35,869 bases of DNA from Bdellovibrionales bacterium (GCA_043739185.1 JAYUEN010000358.1:1-35869); one strand, 5' to 3'; shown: positions 18,336-28,503, counted from the stretch's first letter. Translations and numbers: made by a program. Notes: generated by a model not told the origin, from the letters alone.

Positions 18336-20915
18336 CTAAAATTTAACTTTGTATCCGGCAATCACTTGGCGTCCAATTTGGTCGTAGATGGCCGTATTTA
18401 CTGGATCAAGCGGATTTGAATCATCAAGCGGTGGCGTACTACCTAAGATATTTTTAATACCAAAGCTAAAGCTCCCGATTGATTTTGTTTTATAAGAATA
18501 CGCCAAATCAAATTCTGTATAATTGATTAAATTGCCAGTTCCAGCTACCGACTTTCCTTGGCCAGCTGTTGTCAAAGCTGCAATTGATAAATCTTGTTTG
18601 TCGCTTAACGAATAACTGATGGCAGTCGTATTTCTCCAAATTGGCCTTCCAAATTCCCCTAATTTATTTCTTTGCCCTCCTCCCGGAAAACCTTCTTCCT
18701 TAAAGTAAAAGAGTTGTGAGTGATCAGTTGAGAGTTTGGCGCGACCTAATTTATATGAAATGGCTATATCAAGGCCAGATACTTCTTGCGATGACAGATT
18801 TTGCAAGGGTGCTTGAATGCTATCGATTTGACCTGCTGAATTGCGACTTACGATCACACCATAATCAGCTAGGTTTACTCCGTTACTTGCCGCAAGTGTG
18901 GCATCTGAATAGTCAATACCAACAACATTCTTAAGCAAAGTTAAAAACCAGTCCGTACTTATATTAAAATTATTAGTGGGTTCATAAACGATGCCGGCAT
19001 TATAAGAAAGAGAAGTTTCTTGTCTTAATCCGGTATTGCCGCCGCTTGTAACCAAATACTGCTGTGGTTTGCAATCTGGAGTGGCGCCTCCGGCTGCGAC
19101 TTCTGCTTTACAAGCAACAGCATCGATAAATGTTGGATAGCCACTTGAAGTCGACGCATACAAATCTTGAAGTCTTGGAGCTTTAAATCCTGTTCCCACA
19201 GAGCTTCTGAATAAAACAGTAGGTGAGGCATGATACAAAAATGCGGCTTTTGGATTAACGGTATCTCCAAAATCACTGTAATGATCATATCTGGCTGCTA
19301 ACTGAAGTTCTAGAGACCTAGTTAAAGGAATTGAAAGCTCAGAATATGCAGAGCGAGTATCTCTTTGTCCTCCGCCTGTGCTACCTGCGCTACCAAAAAC
19401 ATTGCCAGCAACACTTTGATCGTCAAATGAGTCTGAGAATTTTTCAAAGAACATAGTGGTGCCGATCGCTAAGCCAAGGGAGCCAGCCTCCCATTTTGCA
19501 AGTTCACCTGAGGTTTTTACTTCGACTCCACTGAGTTGCGAAGTTTGGTGTTCGAGAGGTTGGTATTTGGCGGCATCGATACTTCCGCGCGATCCTGCTG
19601 GCGCAAAAGGATTGAACTGACCGCTGGTAACTGCATTTTGTAAACTTGTGATCAAAGCGTAACCGTTAACTCCTTTGTCTTTTGTATCAACCATATTATG
19701 GGTGCCAGTCACTTCAAGCTGCCAGTCTTTGGCAATTTCGATTTGCGTTCCTAAAAGTAAATTATAAGCGTAAGTGCCAACATCACTATCGCGATCACCA
19801 AGCTCAATAGTTCGATATCTGACCTTTAAATCTTGGCCACCAACAGCTCCTGGGAGTGGGCCTCCGCCAGGGCCTAGAGTTGCAGCCACACCTGAAGGAA
19901 TAGTGAAATTCCCAGGGGCTGGAGCATATGACCATAATACTCTTCTGGCGGTTCCACCTAAGCGGGCCGTGAGTTTAACTTTCGAGCTAAATTCATAATT
20001 GGTTTCTGACAAAAGACTCAGCTGTTGCAGAGCTGGCAATTCTGTTGAGAAATTAGAAGTATTAAAACCGCAATAGTCACCTCCGGTATCATGTATAATT
20101 TGCGATGCCGGGCAATTGGGATCAGCATGAGAAGAGCCTGTGCCATTGCTATAGCTACCGGGACTGCCAGTCTTGCTGATGCGATTGTTTGACCATGAAC
20201 GATCGCGAGAATAGATCACTTTATTGTCGCGATAAGAGAGTACATTCACCATATTATATTTTTCGCCGCTAATGCCGTTGACTATATTAAGTTCTGACTT
20301 TCCGCCGCCCTTCATTTCAGGAATATTTTGAGTGATACTCAATTCATTACCAGTAAAATCTTTTCTGGTGATGATATTGACAACTCCACCCAAGGCGTCC
20401 GAGCCATAAATAGCTGAAGCGCCATCTTTTAGAATTTCAATTCGTTCAACGGCCGCCATTGGTATCAAATTTAAGTCAACGGCCCCGGTAACGGCGTCAG
20501 TTGGGAGTCTCTGCCCATTTAAGAGCACCAAGGTATTTGATGAGCCAAGTCCCCGTAAATCAACCTCTGCGACCCCAGCGGCATTTGAGCCTGAGGATTC
20601 TCGTGCTGAACCAAAGGAATTCACCGAAAGATCTCGCATAACGTCTGATATCGAATTGTAACCCGATTTATCCATATCGGCGCGATTAACGGTTACGACA
20701 GGTGAAACTCCTTCGACATCAATTCTTTTAATATGCGAGCCGGTGACTTCGATTTTCTCAATTTCTTTTGGCGCCGGTGTTGCCACAGGCACTAATGGAG
20801 CAAGTGGTTCGGCACTTATTTCGGCGGGTTTTGGTGGCTCTTGAGCTTCTTGAGCCGAAGCGAGTTTTGGATTCAAGGCAAATAGAAGCAGAACAGATAG
20901 TATGATCTGTGACAT
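18336..20915 (-). CDS. TonB-dependent receptor
   Basis: Signal peptide, TonB box EKIEVTGS, plug motif IERIEILKDGASAIYGSDA-type, barrel motifs RYDHYSDFG and KNILG, and C-terminal Phe. Confidence 0.93.
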   Translation of the reverse strand: MSQIILSVLLLFALNPKLASAQEAQEPPKPAEISAEPLAPLVPVATPAPKEIEKIEVTGSHIKRIDVEGVSPVVTVNRADMDKSGYNSISDVMRDLSVNSFGSARESSGSNAAGVAEVDLRGLGSSNTLVLLNGQRLPTDAVTGAVDLNLIPMAAVERIEILKDGASAIYGSDALGGVVNIITRKDFTGNELSITQNIPEMKGGGKSELNIVNGISGEKYNMVNVLSYRDNKVIYSRDRSWSNNRISKTGSPGSYSNGTGSSHADPNCPASQIIHDTGGDYCGFNTSNFSTELPALQQLSLLSETNYEFSSKVKLTARLGGTARRVLWSYAPAPGNFTIPSGVAATLGPGGGPLPGAVGGQDLKVRYRTIELGDRDSDVGTYAYNLLLGTQIEIAKDWQLEVTGTHNMVDTKDKGVNGYALITSLQNAVTSGQFNPFAPAGSRGSIDAAKYQPLEHQTSQLSGVEVKTSGELAKWEAGSLGLAIGTTMFFEKFSDSFDDQSVAGNVFGSAGSTGGGQRDTRSAYSELSIPLTRSLELQLAARYDHYSDFGDTVNPKAAFLYHASPTVLFRSSVGTGFKAPRLQDLYASTSSGYPTFIDAVACKAEVAAGGATPDCKPQQYLVTSGGNTGLRQETSLSYNAGIVYEPTNNFNISTDWFLTLLKNVVGIDYSDATLAASNGVNLADYGVIVSRNSAGQIDSIQAPLQNLSSQEVSGLDIAISYKLGRAKLSTDHSQLFYFKEEGFPGGGQRNKLGEFGRPIWRNTTAISYSLSDKQDLSIAALTTAGQGKSVAGTGNLINYTEFDLAYSYKTKSIGSFSFGIKNILGSTPPLDDSNPLDPVNTAIYDQIGRQVIAGYKVKF

Positions 20916-20982
20916 CTCTGGGTCCCCCTTGTTTCACTTGTGGTGCAAGTGTTCGCATATCACATGCGACATTTCTCGAGAG

Positions 20983-20998
20983 AGCAAAGTAGGTGCCA
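20983..20998 (-). promoter_or_regulatory. Sigma54 (RpoN) promoter of the TonB-dependent receptor operon
   Basis: The minus strand reads TGGCACCTACTTTGCT, a near-consensus TGGCAC-N5-TTGC about 70 bp upstream of the ATG. Confidence 0.65.
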
Positions 20999-21100
20999 AT
21001 ATTTGACACTGCTTTTGTATTCTTTAGGTGTCAAAGTGGCTATTAACACTGATATGGCAAAGTTTTAATTATGTTTACTATGTCTGATTATCTTGGATTG

Positions 21101-21151
21101 GAGTGCTCTGAAAATTTACAACCTACCAGGTTGTAAATTTTCAGAGTGCTC
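21101..21151. repeat. Long inverted repeat in the divergent intergenic region
   Basis: CTCTGAAAATTTACAACCT-acc-AGGTTGTAAATTTTCAGAG is a perfect 19-bp stem that extends 5 more pairs with two G:U wobbles. Confidence 0.85.
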
Positions 21152-21225
21152 GTTTGAAGGCAAAAACTTGCCTCAAGCTTGACTTCAAATCGCGAACGAA
21201 AGAAAGTCTTATCGAGGGAGAATTT

Positions 21226-23049
21226 ATGAAATTAATAAGATTATTCTTGGTTTGTATTTTGTTGTTAGGTTGTGCCACTGAAAAAACCGATGTTCCAGCT
21301 ACCATAGGAGCGCAAATGGAACAAAAACCAAAGACACCAAAATCTGCGATCATTGCACTCACCGATGAATATGTTCAGGAGACTTTGAAGCTTGATCCTT
21401 TCTGGGCACCCACTTTTGGTGATGAAAAATTTTATGCTGACTTTGGAGATCCGCTCTCAGATGAAAATATTGCTAAAGCGAAACAGCTTGTACTGACTTA
21501 TCTTAAAAAGTTAAAGGCTCTCAGTAAAAAAGGCTTTAATGAATACGATAAAGATACCTATAAAATTTTTGAAGAAGAACTCAAAACTGCAAAGCTTGGG
21601 TTTAAGTTTCCGACCGAGCAATTGCCATTCAATCAAATGTCGAGTCGCTATCGAGATTTTGTGAAACAAGGCAATGGCGAAAGATTTCCCTTTAAGACCG
21701 TGAAAAACTATGAAGACTTTTTAAAACGTTCTCAGGGTTTTAAAGTATGGGTCGAGTCGGCGAAAAGACAAATGCGAAAAGGAATGAGTCAAGGGGTTAC
21801 CTTAAACCGGGATATTACAAATACGGTTATTAAACAATTAGAAGATTATATAGTTAAAGACATTACGAAGAGTGATTTTTATCAGCCGATACTCAATTTC
21901 CCGAAAGATTTTTCAGAGGCTGATAAAGCGCGCTTAAAAGATCTGTATGCAATCGAAATTGCTCAAGACATTATTCCGCAGTATCAGTCGCTGCGGGATT
22001 TTCTAAAAAATGAATATTTAAAGAAGGCACGAACGGCTTTTGGACTATATAATTTGCCAAACGCAAAAGCCTGGTATCAGTATAAAATCAAGGAGCAAAC
22101 CGATATTGATTGGAGCCCTCAGCAGATTCATCAAATTGGTCTTGAAGAAGTAGCTCGAATCAGAAAAGGCCTAGAAGAAGCTAAAAAGCAACTTGCGTAC
22201 GATGGAACTTATCTTGAGTTCTTAAAATATCTTACAACTGATAAATTCAATTTTAAAAATAAAGAAGAAGTAAAAGCTGCATTTTTAGATGTCAAAACCA
22301 AAATTCGCAGCGAAATTCCAAAGTATTTTTCAAAGATACCAAAGTTAGATTATGAAGTTATTGAAATTCCGGCGAACGAAGCCAGTCAACAAGCGGCGGC
22401 TTACTATCGACAACATGATGAAGCGAGTATGCCAGCGGTATTTATAAATTCAAATAATTTGAAATCAATACCCACTTGGGAGGTCGCAAATCTTTCTCTA
22501 CATGAGGCGATTCCGGGGCATCATTTTCAAATAGAAATTCAATATGAGCTGAAGGATCTCATTTCTCAATATCGAGTTAATAGTGGCGGCTCGACCTCTT
22601 TTGTCGAGGGCTGGGCGCTTTACTGCGAAAGTCTGGGTCATGAGTTTGGATTATTTAAAGAAACTCTGCCCCGCATCGGCAATCTAGATGATGATATGCT
22701 TAGATCGGTGCGCTTAGTCGTCGATACCGGAATTCACAGTATGGGATGGAGCAAAGAGAAGGCAGTTAAATATATGCAAGAAAATCTTGCTGACGATATT
22801 AGTGATATCGAGGCTGAAGTCTATCGGTATTCGAGCTGGCCTGGTCAAGCCTTGGCCTATAAGATAGGCCAGAGAAAAATCAGAGAACTAAGAGGTCTTG
22901 CAGAAAAGAAATTAGGTAAAAAATTTGATATTAAAGAATTTCACAATGTTGTCATTGGTAGTGGAAGTCTACCCCTCTGGTTGCTCGATGCAAAAGTAAA
23001 AGATTGGGTAAAGAAAACTAGTTTGATGGGAATTCCTAAGTTTCAGTAA
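21226..23049 (+). CDS. DUF885-family lipoprotein (metallopeptidase-like)
   Basis: GAGGGAG RBS, lipobox LLGC, HEAIPGHHFQ, FVEGWALY, RLVVDTGIH and PGQALAYKIG. Confidence 0.9.
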   Translation: MKLIRLFLVCILLLGCATEKTDVPATIGAQMEQKPKTPKSAIIALTDEYVQETLKLDPFWAPTFGDEKFYADFGDPLSDENIAKAKQLVLTYLKKLKALSKKGFNEYDKDTYKIFEEELKTAKLGFKFPTEQLPFNQMSSRYRDFVKQGNGERFPFKTVKNYEDFLKRSQGFKVWVESAKRQMRKGMSQGVTLNRDITNTVIKQLEDYIVKDITKSDFYQPILNFPKDFSEADKARLKDLYAIEIAQDIIPQYQSLRDFLKNEYLKKARTAFGLYNLPNAKAWYQYKIKEQTDIDWSPQQIHQIGLEEVARIRKGLEEAKKQLAYDGTYLEFLKYLTTDKFNFKNKEEVKAAFLDVKTKIRSEIPKYFSKIPKLDYEVIEIPANEASQQAAAYYRQHDEASMPAVFINSNNLKSIPTWEVANLSLHEAIPGHHFQIEIQYELKDLISQYRVNSGGSTSFVEGWALYCESLGHEFGLFKETLPRIGNLDDDMLRSVRLVVDTGIHSMGWSKEKAVKYMQENLADDISDIEAEVYRYSSWPGQALAYKIGQRKIRELRGLAEKKLGKKFDIKEFHNVVIGSGSLPLWLLDAKVKDWVKKTSLMGIPKFQ

Positions 23050-23158
23050 ACTCTGAAATGGCAAAACGAAATTAAATTGCGCAAGGCTTTTTCGTCCTAT
23101 ATTATCGTAGTTGATAGGAAAGCCTCAAGCATCATCTCTTGGTTTTGGAGCATTCGAT

Positions 23159-23482
23159 ATGCTAAAATTCTGCAAAATTTTATTCCTAGCAAGTTATCTG
23201 ATTCTTGCCTGTGAAGCTCGAGCTGATATCAAATTTGTTCAGTCGAAAGCGGGATCGATTGTTGAAGTACCAGTTGAAAAAGTACAATCAGTCTGCGGCA
23301 AAAACTTCTTTTTTCGCGAAACCAAAAAAGAAGAAGTGCCAGAATATCTATTTAAAGAAATAGTAAAAGCAGCCTTTAATGGCGAAATATTGCCTTCGTT
23401 TGAACTGATTATTTCTTCGCTCAAGTCAAATAGCGGAAAATGTGCTTGGGTTACCCCAGATGAGCTTCCAAAGACCAAATAG
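23159..23482 (+). CDS. Small secreted hypothetical protein
   Basis: GGAG RBS, signal peptide ending ARA-D and two Cys in the mature part. Confidence 0.55.
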   Translation: MLKFCKILFLASYLILACEARADIKFVQSKAGSIVEVPVEKVQSVCGKNFFFRETKKEEVPEYLFKEIVKAAFNGEILPSFELIISSLKSNSGKCAWVTPDELPKTK

Positions 23483-23498
23483 GCTTTCTCTAAGTGCC

Positions 23499-25112
23499 CT
23501 AAGCGATTTTCTTGGGATTTGTATTTTGATTTTTATCGAGATGCTGCTTTTTTCGAAAAGATAAAATAGATGATTTTGCGGTTTTTGGGCTTCCGGTGAG
23601 TGAAATTTCGATCGCCTTTGAAATCTTATCTAAGGCATTTACTTTTTCAATTAAGATTTGAGAAGTTTCAAAAGCATTGTGGGAAACTTCATTGTTTTGA
23701 TTGGTGGTAATATTGAGATCATTCATGGCTTGATGAGTTTGAGTGACGCCCAGCTCTTGTTCGCGAGCCGCTTCAACAATACTATTGATTTGTTTTGAAA
23801 TGAGAACAATATCATTTGTGATTTCTTTGAAATTATTCATGGCTTTTCCAGTCACTTCTTTTCCTTGAATGACGCAGTTATGGGTATAGGAGATAAGTTC
23901 TGAAACTTGTTTTTCTGAATTGCTAAGCAGAATCGAAATTTCTTGGGCTGCTAGGCCGGATATTTTCGCAAGGTTTCCGACCTCTTCAGCAACTACCGAA
24001 ATTCCTCGCCCATGTTGGCCAGCACGGGCCGCTTCAATCGAAGCATTGAAAGAAAGAATTTGAGTTTTAAAAACAATATCGTTAATAACCTTGGTCTTAT
24101 TGCTAATTTCTTGCATGATTTGATTCATGGTTTGCAGCTTTTCATTGGCGCTTTCAACGGCAGTCATGGTTGTAACCACTTGCCCCATGATCTTCATGCC
24201 GTTATTAGCTCTAAAATTTGCATTGGTCATAACGGATTCAGATTCCATCGCAAATTCCGAAGTTTTCTTTAACATTTCGGACATTCGAAGTAGTGCAAGA
24301 TTGGTTTGGCTTACGATATTGGCTTGATGGTCTGAGCCGCCAGAGATGGCTTCAGAAATTGTGGAGACCGCAAAAGTTGTAGATGAAAGAATATTAATTT
24401 CACGTTTAAGAGAAGCTACGATTTTTGTAAGTGAGACATTGGTAAAGCGAAACAAATATGTAAATAAATACGAGATAAGAAGAATTGTGAAAATGCTTAG
24501 GGCAATCGACCACCTTCGAATTGTGTTTAAAAACTCAAGACTCGAGGCCCTTTCCTCAAGGCTCAATTTGGGCACACTTTCTTCAAATCGATTGATCAAA
24601 GAATCGAGTTGAATGGCGTCGTTTTGAAGTTTTGCGGCCGCCGCCTTGCCTTCTTTGTCTTTGCTGTCTAAGAAAGCGAGTACCATTGCTTGACCATCTT
24701 TTTTTGAAGCCACAATGAGTTCGGTGGTTTTCTTTGAAAACTCACTTGCTTGAAATCCGATTTCAGTCGAGAGATCGGCTTTTTGGTCTATAATTTTTTT
24801 AATTTGTAAGGCTTTAAGATCTAAGAATTTTAGCTGATCAAGAGTTTTCATCGACTCTGTACTTGAGCCGGTAGCTAATATTTTGTAAGAAAAGATAGTT
24901 CGCTCTAAGACATTTTGGTATTCATTTACCAAACTTGTGAGCGACCCAAATTGATCAATTAAAGTAAGAGTCGACGTCGCTTTTTGCACTGTGAAAATTA
25001 ATACGCCACAGACCAAAAGAACTAAAATAAGCAATAAAGCACCTATTTTTTGCATTTCAAATTTTATATTTCGCGAGGATTGAGGCATTCGTATTTTCAT
25101 CGGCAAATTCAT
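23499..25112 (-). CDS. Methyl-accepting chemotaxis protein
   Basis: Two TM segments, a periplasmic helical domain and hairpin tip INDIVFKTQILSFNASIEAARAGQHGRG..VVAEEV. Confidence 0.9.
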   Translation of the reverse strand: MNLPMKIRMPQSSRNIKFEMQKIGALLLILVLLVCGVLIFTVQKATSTLTLIDQFGSLTSLVNEYQNVLERTIFSYKILATGSSTESMKTLDQLKFLDLKALQIKKIIDQKADLSTEIGFQASEFSKKTTELIVASKKDGQAMVLAFLDSKDKEGKAAAAKLQNDAIQLDSLINRFEESVPKLSLEERASSLEFLNTIRRWSIALSIFTILLISYLFTYLFRFTNVSLTKIVASLKREINILSSTTFAVSTISEAISGGSDHQANIVSQTNLALLRMSEMLKKTSEFAMESESVMTNANFRANNGMKIMGQVVTTMTAVESANEKLQTMNQIMQEISNKTKVINDIVFKTQILSFNASIEAARAGQHGRGISVVAEEVGNLAKISGLAAQEISILLSNSEKQVSELISYTHNCVIQGKEVTGKAMNNFKEITNDIVLISKQINSIVEAAREQELGVTQTHQAMNDLNITTNQNNEVSHNAFETSQILIEKVNALDKISKAIEISLTGSPKTAKSSILSFRKKQHLDKNQNTNPKKIA

Positions 25113-25267
25113 ATTGATTTATGAGAAATTAAACGCCCAGAAAGTGTGAATTTTGTATGTGGAATATTCATTTGCGTATGCAGCTAGTTAGGGTGGGAGC
25201 TTAAAAATACATTTGGTAAAATCGTTTCATTTTATGCCATTTAGAGACAAAAGTCCGGCGCAAGTCA

Positions 25268-25968
25268 TTAATTTGATTCGAACTCTTTTAATAATTTGGG
25301 GTCTAAATTTTCAAGCTCTTTTCGAAAGGCACTTAGGAAAATAGACTGGCTTTCGGTATGAGTCACTCCACCGCCAAATTGCTTATCGCCGTGATCTTGA
25401 AATTGCACATAGAACGAAAAAAGTTTGAACTTTAAAATATTGGCTAAGGATTGATCTTGGGGTTTTAATTCACTTTTATGTTCATCTAAATAAATTGTGA
25501 TCGCACGCGTTGACTCTAAAATGTGTTTTTGGTTGTCAACCGAAAACACGGGTGAAGTCCCACGCGTGAATTGATTTAAACAGTTTTCAGAAATATTAAA
25601 TGAATCATAAATCGACTTTAAGATACCTGGTAGTTGATGTGATTTGAAATACTCATCATAGGTTTGACAGCGATAGTGAGGGACATAATTGTCGCATTTT
25701 CTAGAGCTAGGAGGCTCCTTGTTGGCGTCATTTGGGCAGGCTTTGTCTTGGCCAACTTGATACAAGTTGAGAACCCTGGCCGCGGGGCTTCTTGAAGTTC
25801 TTGGCAAAGAGGCGAGCTGAGGGTTTCAGAAATCTCATGTGGGTCTGTATAACGAAGGCCTGGGACAAGACCTGCCATCATCAATGCTAAATTAAAGCAG
25901 TTGGGTCCTGGCAATTGATTGTGATAGCCATAAAAGGACAAAATCTGTTTAGGCAAACATTGGCTCAT
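25268..25968 (-). pseudogene. Probable frameshifted or internally deleted gene with a GPNCFN (papain-fold-like Cys) motif
   Basis: Two overlapping same-strand ORFs (25618-25968 and 25268-25807). The protein-like sequence of the first ends near APRPG, where VLNLYQV begins in the other frame (~25775). Confidence 0.4.
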
Positions 25969-26089
25969 ATCCGTATAGCACCAGCCTTTGTAGCCAAAGC
26001 AACAGGACTCCAGATTCAGTTCTTTTGGATCTATATAGAATATCTGATCTGAGCGGATTCAACTATCTGCGAGAGGTCTAGTTTGGGTC

Positions 26090-26116
26090 AAAAAAACCGA
26101 GGCTTTCTCCTCGGTC
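26090..26116 (-). terminator. Rho-independent terminator
   Basis: Minus strand GACCGAGG-agaaag-CCTCGGT followed by a T tract, just after the stop at 26146. Confidence 0.8.
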
Positions 26117-26145
26117 TTATAGAGTCTTTTAATTGTATTTAAAGC

Positions 26146-28107
26146 TTACTTCTTTTGGCCCATTTTCTTTGTAGCCATATCATTCATTGCATCGTTAACT
26201 TTCTCAACATTGGCATTGAGCATTTCTTGAAGTTTATCGATACCTATATTTACAACAACGCCAGGTCTGCAATCGCCGGGTACTGAGCTCAAAACCTTAA
26301 CCAAAACATTGTCGGTATCTTTGGTTACTGCAAATCCTGCTCGAACGGCAACGACATCACCTTGATCAAGATTACATTGGTTGTCGCTGTTTTCTACTCC
26401 AACAGTAAGAGCATCATGAATTTGAAATCCATGTACACCTTTATCTGAAGTTAAGAAGTCGATTACGTCGATGCTTCCAGCTTTTTGTGCGATCGAAGTT
26501 GAAATATGATTAACAGTATTCTTTTGAGCATCAATTGCTTCTTGGCTCATAGGTGAGTTTTGTTGTTGAGTAACTGCTGCATTGCGAGCTTTTTCTTCAC
26601 GAATTTCTCTAAGTTCTTCAGCGGCTTGATCACGTAGAACTTCAGCTTGCTGTTCATCTTGTCTTGCGGCATCAGCAATTGCTTGTTCGCGCTCAATTTG
26701 TTCTTGGCGCTCAGCTGCTTCAGCTTCGAGACGAGATTGTCTGCGATCTTCAAGAGCTTCTGAAATAAGTGTACCTAAGAGGTAATCGATTGGATTAACG
26801 ATGCTAACAACAGGTGAGTAGTAGTAGCCGTAATCGGCTCTCCATGAATAGGGAGAGTATGGAGAATAGCCGTAGCCAACATAATTACATCCACCCCACC
26901 AGCAAACTTCAGCAGGATAAGTTCTCCAGATTGACCAGCCGTAACCCCAAGGATTTACGTAGTAGCCAATATTTCCGTAGTAACCGAAACCGCCGTAAAA
27001 TCCACCAGCGAATAATCCGAAATAAGGAGAAGTATAAATTCCTGGGTAGTAGTATGATCCCCAGCCGCCGTAGCGATTGTAATTATAATTATAAACGCGT
27101 GTGATATTGATATTATTGATCCTTACATTTCGTGAATAGCCACGGCCATCACTATGGGGAAACTGTTGATATTGTTCACGACCGTGACGAACTTGCATTG
27201 CGCCCGAATTGTGATCAATCACCACTTGTCTACCTGGTGAGCGAATAGTGGTTTGGTTTCTTGCTGAATTAAAAGTTGATACTTCGTGGTTGCCAGCGTT
27301 GCGAACTACTTTGTCGCCATTTTGATAAGTTCGAACCGAACGCGCACCTTGTGCAACAGTTGTTGAACCATCGTGATTACTGTAAACAGTTTTATGTGTA
27401 GAGGCATCGTATTGAGAAATCACTTTGCCGTCAGCACCTCTGCGTACAGAACTTCCGTCATTGTAGCGTTGTGTAACTGAATGATCGCGATTAACTGTAG
27501 CTGGTCCTTTTGCTTGAGCTCTTGGGGCAGTTGGAGCCTCAATATGGGCATTTCGCGTTCTGTCACCGGCAGGATTTACACCTGGCTGATGCGGCGGCGG
27601 TTGATGCTGAGTTTGGTGTTGAGGTTGTGGTTGCGGCATTGGCTGCGGAGCTGGCTGATGCTGAGTTTGATGTTGGGGTTGTGGTTGTGGCATTGGCTGT
27701 GGGGCTGGCTGATGCTGAGTTTGGTGCTGGGGTTGTGGTTGTGGCATTGGCTGTGGAGCTGGCTGATGCTGGGGCTGATGTTGTGGCATTGGCTGCGGAG
27801 CTGGTCGCGATTGTGGCATTGGAGCAGGTCGTGATTGCGGCTGCGGAGCTGGTCGCGATTGTGGCATTGGAGCTGGTCGTGATTGTGGCTGCGGAGCTGG
27901 CCGTGATTGCGGCTGTGGAGCTGGTCGCGATTGTGGTTCAGGTCGTGAAGCCTGAAAACTCCCGCCTCCGCCTCCACCACTTGAAGAATGACTTGATGAT
28001 CTAGCTGCTTCAGAAGGCATCACCGCGGCATCACTTAATTGGTAGGCGTAAGTGAGAGGCGAGGCCAAGGACACGGACATGAGAAGACTCAGCACTGACT
28101 TGTGCAT
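26146..28107 (-). CDS. Secreted Pro/Gln-repeat, Tyr/Gly-rich protein of unknown function (paralog A)
   Basis: Signal peptide MHKSVLSLL..TYA, PQ repeats, beta-rich segment, YG-rich segment, charged coiled coil and a two-Cys C-terminal domain. Confidence 0.85.
   Translation of the reverse strand: MHKSVLSLLMSVSLASPLTYAYQLSDAAVMPSEAARSSSHSSSGGGGGGSFQASRPEPQSRPAPQPQSRPAPQPQSRPAPMPQSRPAPQPQSRPAPMPQSRPAPQPMPQHQPQHQPAPQPMPQPQPQHQTQHQPAPQPMPQPQPQHQTQHQPAPQPMPQPQPQHQTQHQPPPHQPGVNPAGDRTRNAHIEAPTAPRAQAKGPATVNRDHSVTQRYNDGSSVRRGADGKVISQYDASTHKTVYSNHDGSTTVAQGARSVRTYQNGDKVVRNAGNHEVSTFNSARNQTTIRSPGRQVVIDHNSGAMQVRHGREQYQQFPHSDGRGYSRNVRINNINITRVYNYNYNRYGGWGSYYYPGIYTSPYFGLFAGGFYGGFGYYGNIGYYVNPWGYGWSIWRTYPAEVCWWGGCNYVGYGYSPYSPYSWRADYGYYYSPVVSIVNPIDYLLGTLISEALEDRRQSRLEAEAAERQEQIEREQAIADAARQDEQQAEVLRDQAAEELREIREEKARNAAVTQQQNSPMSQEAIDAQKNTVNHISTSIAQKAGSIDVIDFLTSDKGVHGFQIHDALTVGVENSDNQCNLDQGDVVAVRAGFAVTKDTDNVLVKVLSSVPGDCRPGVVVNIGIDKLQEMLNANVEKVNDAMNDMATKKMGQKK
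27601..27944 (-). repeat. Intragenic tandem repeats: 24-bp (SRPAP[Q/M]PQ, ~6 copies) and 54-bp (QHQPAPQPMPQPQPQHQT, 3 copies)
   Basis: Visible in the DNA and in the translation of the 26146-28107 ORF. Confidence 0.88.
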
Positions 28108-28179
28108 AAATACCCCTTTAAAATTTAGTTAAAACCAAAAGAATTTTTGATTTTATAAATAACGTCGACCAGCGAAGTT

Positions 28180-28195
28180 TACAAAAGCTGTGCCA
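28180..28195 (-). promoter_or_regulatory. Sigma54-like promoter of paralog A
   Basis: Minus strand TGGCACAGCTTTTGTA, 73 bp from the start codon. The -12 element is GT rather than GC. Confidence 0.5.
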
Positions 28196-28503
28196 ATTTT
28201 CGGCAGGTCTACGCAGGAGTTTAAATCATAAAAAATGAGAGAATTCAAATAGGCAAAATCACAGGTGATTCCACTTTGGAACTGTGAGCAAAAAGCGTTT
28301 AAGACTGAGCTAGTTAGGCCAATGCAGCGTGCAATTAAACATAAATAAAAATATATTGATATACCAGCTTTTTGCCTATGAAAATCCAAGTCGAATAGAA
28401 AATGCTTTGGCTGTCCCAACCAGTAAAAGATTCACTTGGAACATATTAAGTTTACAGGGGGAATTTGAGCTCAAGAGATGTTCCAAACGCAGAAATTTGG
28501 AGC

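Noticed and set aside
27481..28004. Repetitive ORFs in alternative frames and on the + strand
   Set aside because: These are shadows of the stop-free tandem repeats in paralog A.
28245..28340. GGCAAA followed by a small hairpin, resembling a c-di-GMP-I riboswitch
   Set aside because: It lacks the GAAA tetraloop and CGCAAAG elements and is on the strand opposite the neighbouring genes.
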